DNA from: Heterodontus francisci
Taxonomy: Eukaryota
Length of the DNA stretch: 64,000 nucleotides
Reading direction: 5' to 3'
NCBI RefSeq assembly: GCF_036365525.1
Contig: NC_090393.1
Coordinates: forward strand, 40,215,746 to 40,279,745
This document shows, one piece after another, positions 35,883 through 48,880 of this stretch. The position numbers and the translations under genes are program-made. Position 1 is the stretch's first letter. The number at the start of each line of letters is the position of its first letter. The notes beneath the pieces were generated by a model. That model saw nothing but the letters and a program-made list of their open reading frames with translations, did no database searches and was not told the DNA's origin.

Positions 35883-37864
35883 TGTCAACCTTGCATGCCA
35901 CTAGGTAGTTTCAGGTTGATTGGCTTTGGCAGCAGGCCAACTACGAAGCTGCAACAACTTGCAAAATCTTTTTGAGCTTTGTTGTCTTACTTTGTTTCAA
36001 AACATACTTGCAGTCACTCCTTCCTCTGAATATCTCTTTTTTAAATAGTACCCTATTTTTTTTTAGATTGAGCTGCTGACTGTTAGGCTATGTGGCACAA
36101 CAATCTGCAGCTTGGCTACTCTTATGTACTGTCTAGAAGTTCTGAGCCAAGGGTAATTCTCATCCAAACATAATTCTGAGCCAATTATAATTGTTCTTGG
36201 CAAACAAATAGTGTGTTTTTCAGAATTCAAAAGCAAAAGTAAATACCACATGAAACTCAGACTCTTGCTCAGCAACTCTTACCCCTCAATCCTGCTGTTT
36301 TTAATGCCGATGTATTTATGCATATTAATATGTAAAAAAGACACCTCAAAAACTTACATACACAACAGAAATATTTTGAAATAAGAGGTTATTTGTGATG
36401 GTTCTGTGTAGCCCTAATCAATATACCTTAATCAGCCTCAATAATTCTGCAACAAGCTTTTTGTCTCATCACAGTGGAATTATTGAAGATCACAAGCATG
36501 CAATGGCCTTCCACTGTGTTAGACTTTTAAAGGGCCACTTCCTCTCCAGTTATAACTTTTAACATTGAAAAAATACATATGCTAGAACTTGTATAAATTG
36601 CAATACTTGAGGAAAGAGGATCATGGTGTTTAATGCTCACTAGGTTTCTGACACACCGGCACATTACAGCGCCAGACTTATTTGCATAACGAACATCTTT
36701 TACCATTTATCAAAAGTTTTTTTCAGAGCCTTAGCTGGCAGACAGATCCAATACCAATGAAACATGCTAATAATCCTGACTCATGAGTCAAAGCAATCAG
36801 AAGCAACAGCTCAATTTATTGTAAAATTCTGACTACTGTAAAATTCTGTTTAATGATCATTCTACGATTTCTACATATCTATGAGTTACGTGCAAAGCAT
36901 AATAGTGGGCAATTGAATGATTTGTAGGCCAACTGCAGATAAATGGCAGATGCACCCTTAGCTCCTTAAATAAGATGATGAAACTGTGCCTCTAATCCCT
37001 ATATCATACAAACCTGTGATGTACTGCTGCAAGGAGCCTTGATAGCTCTCAGGGAAAGAAGAGGCCATCAACCTATTTGGGTGCTTAATCCCAGGTCCCA
37101 AAGGTGAAAGGATGCTGCATCTAATTCACTGTTGCAACCAGTGACAGCTAATTCCCAGTTGGAGTCTTTAATAAATTACATCTGCTTCAAGTGCACACAA
37201 TTACCATGATAATTAACATTTTAACAACAGCAGCAAAAGGCAAATAACAGAAGATTAAATAACACTGGGGAAGACATGCTCTGTAATTTGTAGCCAAACT
37301 GTAAATGTCTCTATAAAGAATGTGTTTAGAAGTAGCAATGGAGTAAATCTTCCCTTACAGAACATCTGTTAATTCTGTTAGGGTACCATAGTATTCAAAC
37401 TCAAATATATCCCCCAACTAACAAATTGGTCATCGACTTGCATCTGAGGGCAGATGACTGTTTAAGGACAGCCTGCACAAATCCTAAAACTCCAATTACA
37501 TGGCATCCTATCTTTGGATTTAATATTTTCCCCCTATTTTGTTCTAGTTATTATTTCTGGGCTGCTGACATGCTCATGTAAGGATAGATGAAATGATTAC
37601 GGCAGCATCTTGTGTTAGAACGATTTTCTCATTGAAGAAATGTGTCATGCTCACAGAGGGAAGAGTGATGAAATATGAAATGAGCTGAAGGAATTATGAA
37701 ATAAAAGTAAAGTGTTGAACTAAGCTACAGGAAAATGGACACATTGCTACCTGGCAACATGGAGGGAGAGCTCAGGTAATCCCCTCCTGTATAGCCAATC
37801 AACATGTTTGTCTGTTAAAGATGGGACCATTATTAATATCTGTAATCGTCTTGAGGAGGTACGT

Positions 37865-38715
37865 TGTCATGTAAAACAGCTCATTCCGTGCTAATGACTC
37901 CTATCATCAAAAATTGGGCGAGCAAAGGCTTTTGTAGACAGACTGACTCCAAAGCCAAGGCCAAGACAATAGGTGTGAAATAACACCTATTTATCAAATT
38001 GGACGACATCCAGACATCATTATGTAACACTAGTCCCCGCATCCTGGAACATTGTATGAACAGCCAAGGGGAGAGCATCTTGAATCACCTGACTGAAACC
38101 CAGCCTGATAAGAGTTTATCTTAAAATAGAGATTTCTCAGAGAGAGGGAAACAGAAAACCATGCCAGCCAGAGAAGCTATGAGATCGATCCAGCTAACCA
38201 AGGAGCCCTGCCAGCGTCGTCTCTAAACTGCTGAAATAGAGAGAGTGCAAGGTGACCTTGAAAACTCCCCATCTGAGAAATTTAATCAGGACTTTGACCA
38301 CCAACATTGGACTGAGTTTTAACCAAGGGAGCCTGCGACACTTCATCAATTCCAAGACAAGAAACATTCGGGCCTGCAACACTGTCAAAACTTCCTCCCG
38401 GAAAACCAAAAAGTTGCAAAGTGAACTCTCTTACAACAATAGGACTCTAATTGCATGCTATCCTCTACTCTCTATCTTTTCTTGTGCGTATATATGTGTA
38501 TATGTATGAATGCATGTGGGTGAGGTTGGGAGCATTTCCAGGTTCTAATAGCTAGTTATCTTTCTTTTTAAACCTACCAGAAAACCTATCATTTGTCTGT
38601 TTATTTAACCCTTGAACACTCAGGGACCAAAACACTATTTTAAAAACACTATCTGCGGTCAGTTGAGAGGTGAAAAATGGAAGCCACCCACACCACTTCT
38701 CACCTGTCCATAACA
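37865..38715 (+). mobile_element. Probable solo LTR
   Basis: TGTCATG...CCATAACA termini and a 3' region parallel to the 42587 LTR (TG-rich tract, AGAAAACCT). No matching TSD. Confidence 0.65.
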
Positions 38716-38845
38716 AATGGAACTGTGAGTTTGCCTGCAAGCATCACCCTCATGCATTTGCCCCTTTCTCAGCTATCGGGTCACAACAGGATGTGGTATT
38801 GTTAAGCTTAATAAAAACAAGAAAATCAAGATCAAGATTTGCCGA

Positions 38846-38988
38846 GTGAAGATAGTTATCTGAAAATTGAGATTCTCTTGGAAGATCTTGATACCTGCAT
38901 TTGGAGAAGATGCACAAGACCCTGATGGTTCCTGCTTTCTGTTAAGCTGGCCATTGTTATATGTTTTAAGACATTCAGTTCTGGTAAA
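38846..38988. repeat. ~145-bp segment repeated at 40566-41043
   Basis: Shared TCTTGATACCTGCATTTGGAGAAGATGCACAAGAC and AAGCTGGCCATTGTTATATGT.TTAAGACATTCA.TTCTGG. Confidence 0.9.
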
Positions 38989-39039
38989 TCCAGTTGTGTA
39001 CATGATAACTGATCAGTAAACATCACTAAAGTGAGTAAT

Positions 39040-39200
39040 AATCATTATCTCATTGTTGTTTGTGGGGACTTGCTGTGAGCAAATTAGCTGCTGCATTACA
39101 TATATTACAACAGTGGCTTCACTCCAAAAGTACTTCATTAGCTGTAAAGCACTTTGAGTGTCCTGAGTTTGTGAAAGGTGCTATATAAATGCAAGTCACT
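39040..39200 (+). mobile_element. Deu-domain SINE (SacSINE1/AmnSINE1-like) 3' part
   Basis: CATTGTTGTTTGTGGGGACTTGCTGTGAGCAAATT.GCTGC...ATTACAACAGTG...CAAAAGTACTTCATT.GCTGTAAAGCACTTTG...TATATAAATGCAAGT. Confidence 0.8.
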
Positions 39201-40640
39201 TTTCTTTTAGAGCTATTCTGATGTAATTTTAGATTTAGAATATAAATTAATTTTTTAATTCTAGTTCTTATCCCTTTGTGTTCTAACTTCAGAATATTAT
39301 CTATTTATTGTCTATTCAGAGCAAATTATTTGGTCTAGAAATACAACTAGAACTCTGACGAGTTCATGATTTCATTTTAAAATTGATTTGTGAATAGCAT
39401 TAAAAATAATTGCAGGATAAGGTACTTTCAAATTCTCAAGACCCTCCAATAAATATTATAGTTAAGTGCACAATAAGGAACGCTTAACAGTTCCGACTGG
39501 TTTAAGAGTAGAGGTCTGAAGGTTTAAGGCAGAAATATGTACCTTTTAAACTAGCTGCTATTCTTATATTCCTGTCAGACTCCTACATTAACAGTACTTT
39601 TATTAACTCCCTCCCATCCCATTAGAATTTTCCTAGAATATACCAAAAGACTGGATTTGGAGGATTGGAAGAGTTCATGTTGCAAATCAATTGGGGTTTA
39701 AAAATAGCACAGTATGTGTTTGAGTTTGTATTTATTTTTGGTTTAACATTCTGTCCAATAATAATACATTAAAATGCTAGAGACATTTTTTAAACAAAAA
39801 GCATGTGACCTACTTTCAGAAGCCATATTGCAGTTTGAGTATTCATCCAAACACTCTTTTCTGTGTCCTGACTGTGTAAACAAAATGGCATTTTTGTAAT
39901 GGCTGAACTACAAGAAAGATGTGTTTACTGTAGAATAAAGAAAAGCATCAAATGTTTCAAATATCAGTAGCACTTGTGTATTTTTTGGAGACACCAAAAG
40001 TCAGGCATAGTTTTTTAATATATAAATTATACATTGAAAACACTAGACCCAGATAATGGCAATTTCCATAAAACACCCAATTCCTTTTACAATGCATTTC
40101 TTTCCTGAAGTCTCATGTTGATGCCACATTGTTATATTTGAATAATGTATTGATATTCATGTTTGCTTCAGCCTGTTTCATAGTCTTCAGGATGACGCTA
40201 TTAACTTGTCAACTGCTTGAACAAGAAATATTGTCTTGAATGTTCGTCTTATGAGCCACAGAAGACAAACAGATCCCAGAGATGATTCAAATTATGTTGT
40301 TGATAGAGATTTTGATTTGAACATTGATGTCAGATGGCTGCTATTTAGTCTTAATAATATAAACAGTTTCCTTCTGCTTAGGTCTAGGTTTAGGACAGCT
40401 CAGATTGTTGTCCCTATTTATTTCCCACTTAGTTCCTTCTCCTCACTATCACCTGTTGCACTGAGAGAAGCTAATTCTTTCAGTCCTCTTCCAGACTGCA
40501 TAAAGGTCCTGGAATTAGGAATTGAACTCTGAATATTTATGTGTGTGTCTTTGCTCATTTTCCTGGTGAAGGTAGCTGTCTGGAAATTAAGACTCTCTTG
40601 GGAGCTCTTGATACCTGCATTTGGAGAAGATGCACAAGAC

Positions 40641-40974
40641 GGGACAGCACAGTGGCGCAGTGGCTAGCATCACAGCTCCAGCGACCTGGGTTAGGGTCTG
40701 TGTGGAGTTTGCAGGTTCTCCCAGTGACTGTGTGGGTTTCCTCCGGATGCTCCGGTTTCCTCCCACATGCCAAAGACTTGCGGGTTGATAGGTAAATTGG
40801 CCATGGTAAATAAATTGCCCCTAGTGCAGGTAGGTGGTAGGAGAATTGAGGGAAGGTGGGGATGTGAGAGGGGAAAAATGGGATTAATGTAGGATTAGTA
40901 TAGATGGGTGGTTGATGGTCGGCGCGGACTTGGTGGGCCGAAGGGCCTGTTTCGGTGCTGTATGACTCTATGAC
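40641..40974 (+). mobile_element. HE1-type V-SINE
   Basis: Homologous to 212-566, with the B-box region partly deleted and tail TATGACTCTATGAC. Inserted into the duplicated segment. Confidence 0.9.
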
Positions 40975-42586
40975 CCTTATCATTTCTCCTTTCTGTAAAG
41001 CTGGCCATTGTTATATGTCTTAAGACATTCAATTCTGGCAGACTTTACTGCAGTCCTGCCCCACAAGGGGCACAAATGGCAAATTGACTCACTAATTCGG
41101 CCTTGATGTAATTTTGAATCGATATTAAAAGCTTGGTAGCCAGCACTACCCTATAACCTTTTAACATAGCCAAAATAAATCTCCCATTAATCTGAAGTAC
41201 TTATTCTGAGGTAACTCTAGTAAAAATAAGTGGTGTTTACCCCTTTGATGCAAGTTCATAGTTCGTAGAATGCTACAAGCTTAATTTTATTCCCATTTCC
41301 TTCTATATGTCGTCCTGTCCATCCCCTAAATTCTTGCTGAGAAAGTGGGCACACAATGTACTCCCAGCCCTTTGTCAGTGCCGCTCTGGCACTGGTTGTG
41401 AAATATGAGAGGAGTCTTGTCAAATCTTTTTTTTCTCCTTCCAGTGTAAGCCCATGACAGCTTGATTGAGGTCTTTAACTCCATTTGTGGAGAACTGAAG
41501 CCACTCTGCAGTCAATCACCTTGGGATTCCTAAGCATCATATCACTTAATTTTGAAGATTAGTTTAGAAACAATAATCATTGAATCTTATCTGCCAAAGT
41601 AGTATTAATGATCTATTTGGACACTTTGTTCTTAAAAAGGATAATTCTGCTCCATTAGGTTGGGAGGTTGTTTATCACCCCTGTCATTTTACATGTGGTG
41701 GTTTTGTTATTTTTTGCTTATAAATCAAGTTCAATCTATGTATTCAGTCCCACAAGGAAGGCAGCAGTGGCTCAAAAAACTAAGTTGCTGCCACCCTAAA
41801 TAGTCGAGGCCCTCCTGTATGGGTTGTGTGAGGGTTACTCTGTCACTTCCATTGATAGAACTTCAGCAACACATTTGTTGGAGATGAATAAAAAACACAT
41901 TATTCACCTTTGCATCTGTATGTGTGTGTGCAGCCATCATGCTATCTCATGCAGGATTGATTTTTAAATTTCAAAAAGTTTTGCACCAATAACTTCCTTG
42001 ATCCCTTGGGAAGCTCAGTGTGGGTTAATTGATGACAAACTGCTTCACAACTGGTACGGAGGGAGCGAAAGGGCTCAACAGCCATGTTGGCAGAGTGTTT
42101 TTGCAGCCTTGTTTTCTTTCCTGCTTGTAAAAGTCATCCTGTGCTGTAGTTAGGATCCATTGAACCAGCAGGGGTACATAAAGCAACTTTGGAGTATTAT
42201 CTTTTGAAGTGGTTATATAATTTTTAAAAAGGCTGTAAGATTGAGTGTCAGTATAGGTAGGCCAGGAGCCTCTTTCTCTAAATTATAGTAATTATGTGCA
42301 GACATTTTAAATATTGGGATTATTTGAATTAATAGGTAAGTGCAAACTCATAAATATTTTATCCTCTCTGGAACCTTATAGGCTTTCTCTTTTCCAGAAT
42401 AGATTACACACTTTTTATGCTCATGGGCACCATTCCGTACCTTTAGTCCCTCACAAAACTTGAATTGATGACAAAAAAGGAAAGTTCTTTGCATGCATAA
42501 TGTTCTTCAAGATGATTCTCCCTCAGCTATTCTTACACAGAAGATTGAGATAACCTGTTTGATAAAGAATTTAAAGTTGTAAGGTG

Positions 42587-45500
42587 TGTCATGAAAACCT
42601 TACATGCCAAATGGTAAATATTAATTTAATCGGTTGGAACCTTGCCTGAGACTTTTACTGGAAATTCTTACAAATAACTTTTTTTAAAAAGTAAACTGGC
42701 AGCCAAGATGGCACTGCAATTTAAATTTGAAACACCGAAGGATTAGACTGGAGCCAACATGACTGACTCAACCTAGCCAGAACAATCGGATGCTCTCTGA
42801 TTGAAATGGCTTTATCAGCGCAGTCGTCAGGAGCCATTGACACCCATTGACTTTGAAAGAGCCAACCCCCACCAAGTGTGACTGGACAGCTTGAGGGGTA
42901 GAGACTTGAATTTCAGAGAAGATTCCAGAAGGACCTCATTAACAGCACAAAGAGGTTTGGTAATGTCATGTGACTGCTTTCCACTCTGCAGAGACTGTAA
43001 GTTTTATCACACAGAAAGCAAAGAAGAGTAACTGGAAAAGCCATCAATGATGCAGCCCTCTCTCGCTCTCCAGTCAGACTGCCACAGCCAACAACTAAGG
43101 GACAAGGATCGTACCCCTCTTCTGCCTTCAGAAGGCCTGAGAAAAGCGAGCCCACCACTGTACACCTGGCCCAGCGATGACTTCAGGAATACAATTTCAA
43201 CTGAGGAGTCTGGGACTGATAAATTGTATTTAAATTGCATTTATTCTGGACTCTACTCCAACCACCAAAGCTGTTTTGCCTCTGTAATCTATCTGTGTGC
43301 ATGAGACCCCCGTGTGAATGTGTGTGTGAATGCCAGTGTGAATGTGTAGCATATTATTAGTAATTTTAACAGGTTTAGAGTGTTAAGAATAATAAACTTA
43401 CATCTTTATTGCTTAACTCAAGAAAACCTGTCTGATTGGTTCTTTGGCAATTATATTAGAGGAACAGCCCTTGTGGAGACAAAGTCCTGTCTTCACATTG
43501 AGGATACCTTCCATCATGTTGTGTAGCACTACCACCGTGCTAAATGGGATAGATTTTGAACAGATCCAGCAATGCAAAACTGGGCATTAATGAGGCGCTG
43601 TGGGCCATGAGCAACAGCAGAATTGTACTCAACCACAATCTGTAACCTCATGGCCGGCATATCCCCCACTCTACCAATACCATCAAACTGGGGGATCAAC
43701 CCTGGTTCAATAAAGAAGGGCAGGAGGGCATGCCGGGAGCAGCACCAGGCATACCTCAAAATGAGGTGTCAACCTGGTGAGGCTACAACACGGGACTACT
43801 TGCGTGCCAAACGGCGTAAGCAGCATGTGATAGACAGAGCTAAGCCATCCCATAACCAACAGATCAGATCTAAGCTCAGCAGTCCTGCCACATCCAGTCA
43901 TGAATGGTGGTGGACAATTAAACAACTAACTGGAGGAGGTGGCTCCACAAATATCCCCATCCTCAATGGGGGAGCCCAGCAAATCAATGCAAAAGATAAG
44001 GCTGAAGCATTTGCAACAGTCTTCAGCCAGAAGTGCTGAGTGGATGATTCATCTCAGCCTCCTCCTGACGTCCCCAGCATCACAGATGCCAGTCTTCAGC
44101 CAATTTGATTCACTCCACGTGATATCAAGAAACGACTGAAAGCACTGGATATTGCAAAGGCTGTGGGCCTTGACAACATTCTGGAATAGTACTGAAGACC
44201 TGTGCTCCAGAACTAGCCGCATCCCTCGCCAAGCTGTTCCAGTACAGCTACAACACTGGCATCTATCCGGCAATGTGGAAAATTGTCCAGGCATGTTCTG
44301 TACACAATAAGCAGGACAAATCCAAACCGGCCAATTACCGCCCCATCAGTCTACTCTCTGGAAGGTGTCGTCGACTGCACTATCAATCGGCACTTGCTCA
44401 GTAATAACCTGCTCATTGACACACTGTTTGGGTTCTGCCAGGACCACTCAACTCCTGACTCCATTGCAGCCTTGGTTCAAACATAGACAAAAGAACTGAA
44501 CTCAAGAGATGAGGTGGGAGTGACTGCCCTTGACACCATGGCAGCATTTGACCGAGTATAGCATCAAGGAGCCCTAACAAAACTGAAGTCAATGGGAATC
44601 AGGGGGAAAACTCTCCACTGGTTGGAGTCATATCTAGCACAAAGGAAGATGGTTGTGGTTGTTGGAGGTCAATCATCTCAGCTACAAGCCATCACTGCAG
44701 GAGTCCTCAGGGTAGTTGTCCTAGGCCCAATCATCTTCAGCTACTTCATCGATGACCTTCCTTCAATCATAAGGTCAGAAGTGGGGATGTTCGCTGATGA
44801 TTGCACAATGTTCAGCACCATTCATGACTCCTCAGATACTGAAGCAGTCCATGTAGAAATGCAACAAGACCTAGCAACATCCAGGCTTGGGCTGATAAGT
44901 GGCAAATAACATTTGCGCCACACAAGTGCCAGACAATGACCATCTCCAGCAAGAGAGAATCTAACCATCTCCCCTTGACATTCAATGGCATTAAAATCGC
45001 TGAATTCCCCACTATCATCATCCTGGGGTTACCATTGACCAGAAACTGAACTGAAGTAACCATACAAATACCATGGCTACAAGAGCAGGTCAGAGGCTAG
45101 GAATCCAGCGGCGAGCATCTCACCTACTGACTCCCCAAAACCTGTCCACCATCTACAAGGCACAAGTCAGGAGTGTGATGGAATACTCGTCACTTGCCTG
45201 GATGGATGCAGCTCCAACAACACTCAAGAAGCTCGACATCATCCAGGACAAAGCAGCCTGCTTGATTGGTACCCCTTCCACAAACATTCACTCCCTCCAT
45301 CACTGACGCACAGTGGCTACAGTGTGTACCACCTACAAGATGCACTGCAGCACCGCACCAAGGCTCCTTCGACAAGACCTTCCAAACCCGTGGCCTCTAC
45401 CACCTAGAAGGACAAGGGCAGCAGATGCATGGGAACATCACCACCTGCAAGTTCCCCTCCAAGCCACATACCATCCTGACTTAGAACTATATTGCCGTTC

Positions 45501-45814
45501 CTTCACTGTCGCTGGGTCAAATTCCTGGAACTCCCTTCCTAACAGCACTGTGGGTGTACCTACCCCACATGGACTGCAGTGGTTCAAAAAAGCAGCTCAC
45601 CACCACCTCCTCAAGGGCAATTTTGGATGGGCAACAAATGCTGGCCTAGCCAGCGACACCCACATCCCAAGAACGAATGAGAAAAAACAAGAGCAAGCGC
45701 TCACTGAAGTGGTAAGTTCAATCACTGTGTAAAAAGGATAAACCCTGTTGTGATCAAACCAGAGAAGTGGGGGAAAGGGGAAGCTTGAGACCCCTTCCAC
45801 CCCTGGTCATAACA
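42587..45814 (+). mobile_element. Solo LTR split by a LINE: 42587-43463 + 45688-45814
   Basis: TGTCATG...CATAACA, flanks GGTG/GTTG, AATAAA ~43391. Related to 20853-21928. Confidence 0.85.
43464..45687 (+). mobile_element. CR1-group LINE of a second lineage, 5'-truncated, disrupted ORF2
   Basis: HEWWWTIKQL, KDKAEAFA, NYRPISL, LGPIIFSYFIDDL, MFADDCTMF, IYKAQVRSVMEYS. A-rich tail shared with the second SINE family. Confidence 0.9.
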
Positions 45815-46264
45815 GTTGTTTTGATATTCAGAACTCAATTGTCAGCCATACTTTCCACCTTCCCTCCCCACATTCCCACCCTACACTAGAATAAGCCTTT
45901 ACTTTCTCCTCTATCTCTGCATTTTCTGCATTCACTCACTGAATGGGCTGTGTAATTTGTTCTAACTTTCAAATATCTCCCTATATTCTTGCCTTTAGTT
46001 CTAGATTGCAGCAGCTATTTAAAAATTTGCTTTTGGAAAAATAGCTTTCAGAGAGATCTTGCCTTCCTTATTTTACAGATTTAGATCGTGACACATCATC
46101 TGCGTTTGAAATGAAAGCTTAGGAGTACAGAAACTTCTCTGGTCAGTTCCTTAGCAATTTCAAACAGAACAAGCAGCCAGGATGGAGTGTTTTGCCTTCA
46201 TTATTTTTTTAAAAAGGACATCTTCAGTAAAAGACACAAATATGATAATTCATATGAGTTGTTA

Positions 46265-46365
46265 ATAATAACAAACAATGCTGGAAACACTCAATGGGTT
46301 AGGCAGCATCTGTAGGAAAAGGAAGGGAAGTTTAATGTTTCAGTTCTATGATTATTTGCCAGTAC
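46265..46365 (-). mobile_element. Decayed Penelope-like terminal fragment
   Basis: AATGCTGGAAACACTCA..GG..AGGCAGCATCTGT.G..TTAATGTTTCAG. Confidence 0.55.
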
Positions 46366-46504
46366 TGTGAGGTTGACAATGTTTAGATATTTTAAATACT
46401 ATCCTATGCAAATCTATGTTGGAAGGTCGTATACACAGGTGTACAATACCCTGGAACTGCTTTTTGAGAGCATGAGTAATAGTAAAACCACTCTTTGGAG
46501 TGTT

Positions 46505-47775
46505 GCACTGACTAATAAATGAGAGCCAGCACAAACTTGTTAAGGACAAATTGTGTTTGACTAACTTGAGTGTTTTGATGAGGGAACAGAGAAAATGGAT
46601 TAAGGCAATGCAATTGATGTTGTGTATATTCACGTCCAAAGGCTTTTGATGAAGTACCATATACTAAGTGTGTTGTTAAAATTGAAGCCCATGGTTAAAA
46701 GGGGCAATAGCAGCATGGATACAAAATTGGCTAAGGGATAGAAAACAGAGAGCTGTGGTGAATGGCAGTTTTTTGGACTGGTGCGGGGTATAGTGGAATT
46801 TTCCAAGGTAATTGGATTACTGCTGTTTTTGATATATATTAATGACTTGGATTTGGGGATACAGGGCACAATTTTGAAACTTACAGATGACACAAAACAT
46901 GGAAGTGTGGTAAATGGTGAGGAAGATTGTAATAGACTTCAAGTGGACATAGACAGGTTGTTGGAATGGGTGGATGCATGACAGATGCAATTTAATGCAG
47001 AAAAGTGTGATGTTTTGGTAGGAAAATTGTAGAGAGACAATCCGTGCTAAATGGTGCAATTTTAAAGAGGGTGCAAGAAGAGAGGGGCCTGGGGTGCTTG
47101 TGCACATATATTTGAAGGTGGCAGGACAGGTTCACAAAACATATAATAAAACATTTGAGATCTGGGCTTTATAAATAGAGGTATAGAGTACAAATGCAAG
47201 GAAGTTTTGCTGAACCTATATAAAAAAACTAATTTGGCCCCAGCTGGAATATTATGTTCAATTCTAGGCACCAGACTTTCAGAAAGAACTGAAGGCTTTG
47301 GCAAGGGTACAAAGGAGATTTACTAGATTTGTTCCAAATATGAGTAAGTATAGTTATGTAGATAGACTGGAGAAGCTGGGGTTGTACTCCTTAAAGCAAA
47401 GAAGGTTAAGAGCAGATTGAACAGAGGAGTTTAAAATCATTAAGAGTTTAGCTAGAATAAATAAAGAGAAAATGTCTTGAGTGGCTGAAGGGCCTATAAC
47501 CAGAGTGCGCAGACTTAAGGTGATTGGCAAAAGAACCAAAGAGACATAAGGGAAAAATCTTTTTATGCAACAAGTGGCTAGGATTTGGAATGCACTGCAT
47601 GATAAGGTGATGCATACAGATTAAATAGTAACCTTCTAAAGGGAGAAAAATATTGTGGGGATTTGGGGAAAAAGTCGGGGAGTGGGTCTAACTGGAATGC
47701 TCATCAAAGGAGCTGGTGCAGACCTGATTGGCTGAAAGGCCTCCTTCTGTGCTCTACTATTTCTATGATTCTATG
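46505..47775 (+). mobile_element. CR1 LINE fragment (RT to 3' end), decayed
   Basis: LFLIYINDLD..KLTDDTK..RLQVDIDRL, tail TTCTATGATTCTATG. Confidence 0.9.
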
Positions 47776-48549
47776 AATTTGATGATAGAGAGCCGGCAAT
47801 CTTGCATATAGCACATCAGGTATGTAACATATCAATTATATGAACAGGGTACAACTTTCTTCTGTTTATATATTATAGAATTCCAGTCTCACCTTTCATA
47901 CTGTACACTGTCTAGCATTTGGGCTGGGACTTTGATATTGTTCTTGCTCAATTTTTATCATTAAAAATGTAAGTGGAGCACCAGCAACTAAAGCAAGGGA
48001 GCTTTTAACTGCGATAATTTGTAGTCCATATGATTATTTATTTAGTAATTCATATATATTGTGTATCTCGAAAGTGATAGGTGATCATGATCACATTAAA
48101 TAGATACTGAAGACTTTTGCAATCTCTATATTAATGCGTGCCCTAGTTGCAATTGCAAATAAATAATGGAAATATGTCCACAAAAACTCCACACTTCAAC
48201 TGATGATTTCTGAGGCATTTGTTATAAAACACTACAATATTTTGCTTTGCTAGAACTAAGGAGGTCAGGAGAAAAATATAGTGGAGCATGAAATGCAAAT
48301 GCTCTCTAATTTAAATGATTTTAAAGAAGGCAAATACTGGAACCTAATAGAGAATTTAGTTTGCTCTGGCACAAGAAATATAACAGAGTACACTACAGAT
48401 CTGCATGTGGGCTATGTATGGATGCCTGAATACTCTGCTTTGGTGCTCATTGTGCTGTGTTTTTCACTTGTGCAAACTCATATGCCAATAAGCTATGAAA
48501 CATTAAGGCCACTCCAAACGTTTCAAAACTGTGAATTAGGTCACACTTC

Positions 48550-48880
48550 TATTCTTAAAGGGCAGAGATGCTGTCTCCCCTGGCTGGAGAATCCAGAACT
48601 AGGAGTCTCAGAATAAAGGGTCGCCCATTTAGGAATGAGATGAGGAGAAATTTCTTCACTCATGTGAATCTTCAGAATTTTCTACCCCAGAGGACTGTGG
48701 ATGCTCAGTCGATGAGTATAATCAAGACTGAGATCGATATAGATTTTTGGGTACAGGGCAATAAAAGGATATGGGGATAGGGCAGGAAAGTGGAGTTGAT
48801 GTAGAAGTTCAGCCATGATCTCATTGCATGTTGGAGCACGATGGACCATAAGCCAACACCTGCTTCTATTTCTTATGATC
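48550..48880 (+). mobile_element. CR1 3' fragment
   Basis: GESRTRSLRIKGRPFRNEMRRNFFT, plus 3'UTR CAGCCATGATCT. Confidence 0.85.
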
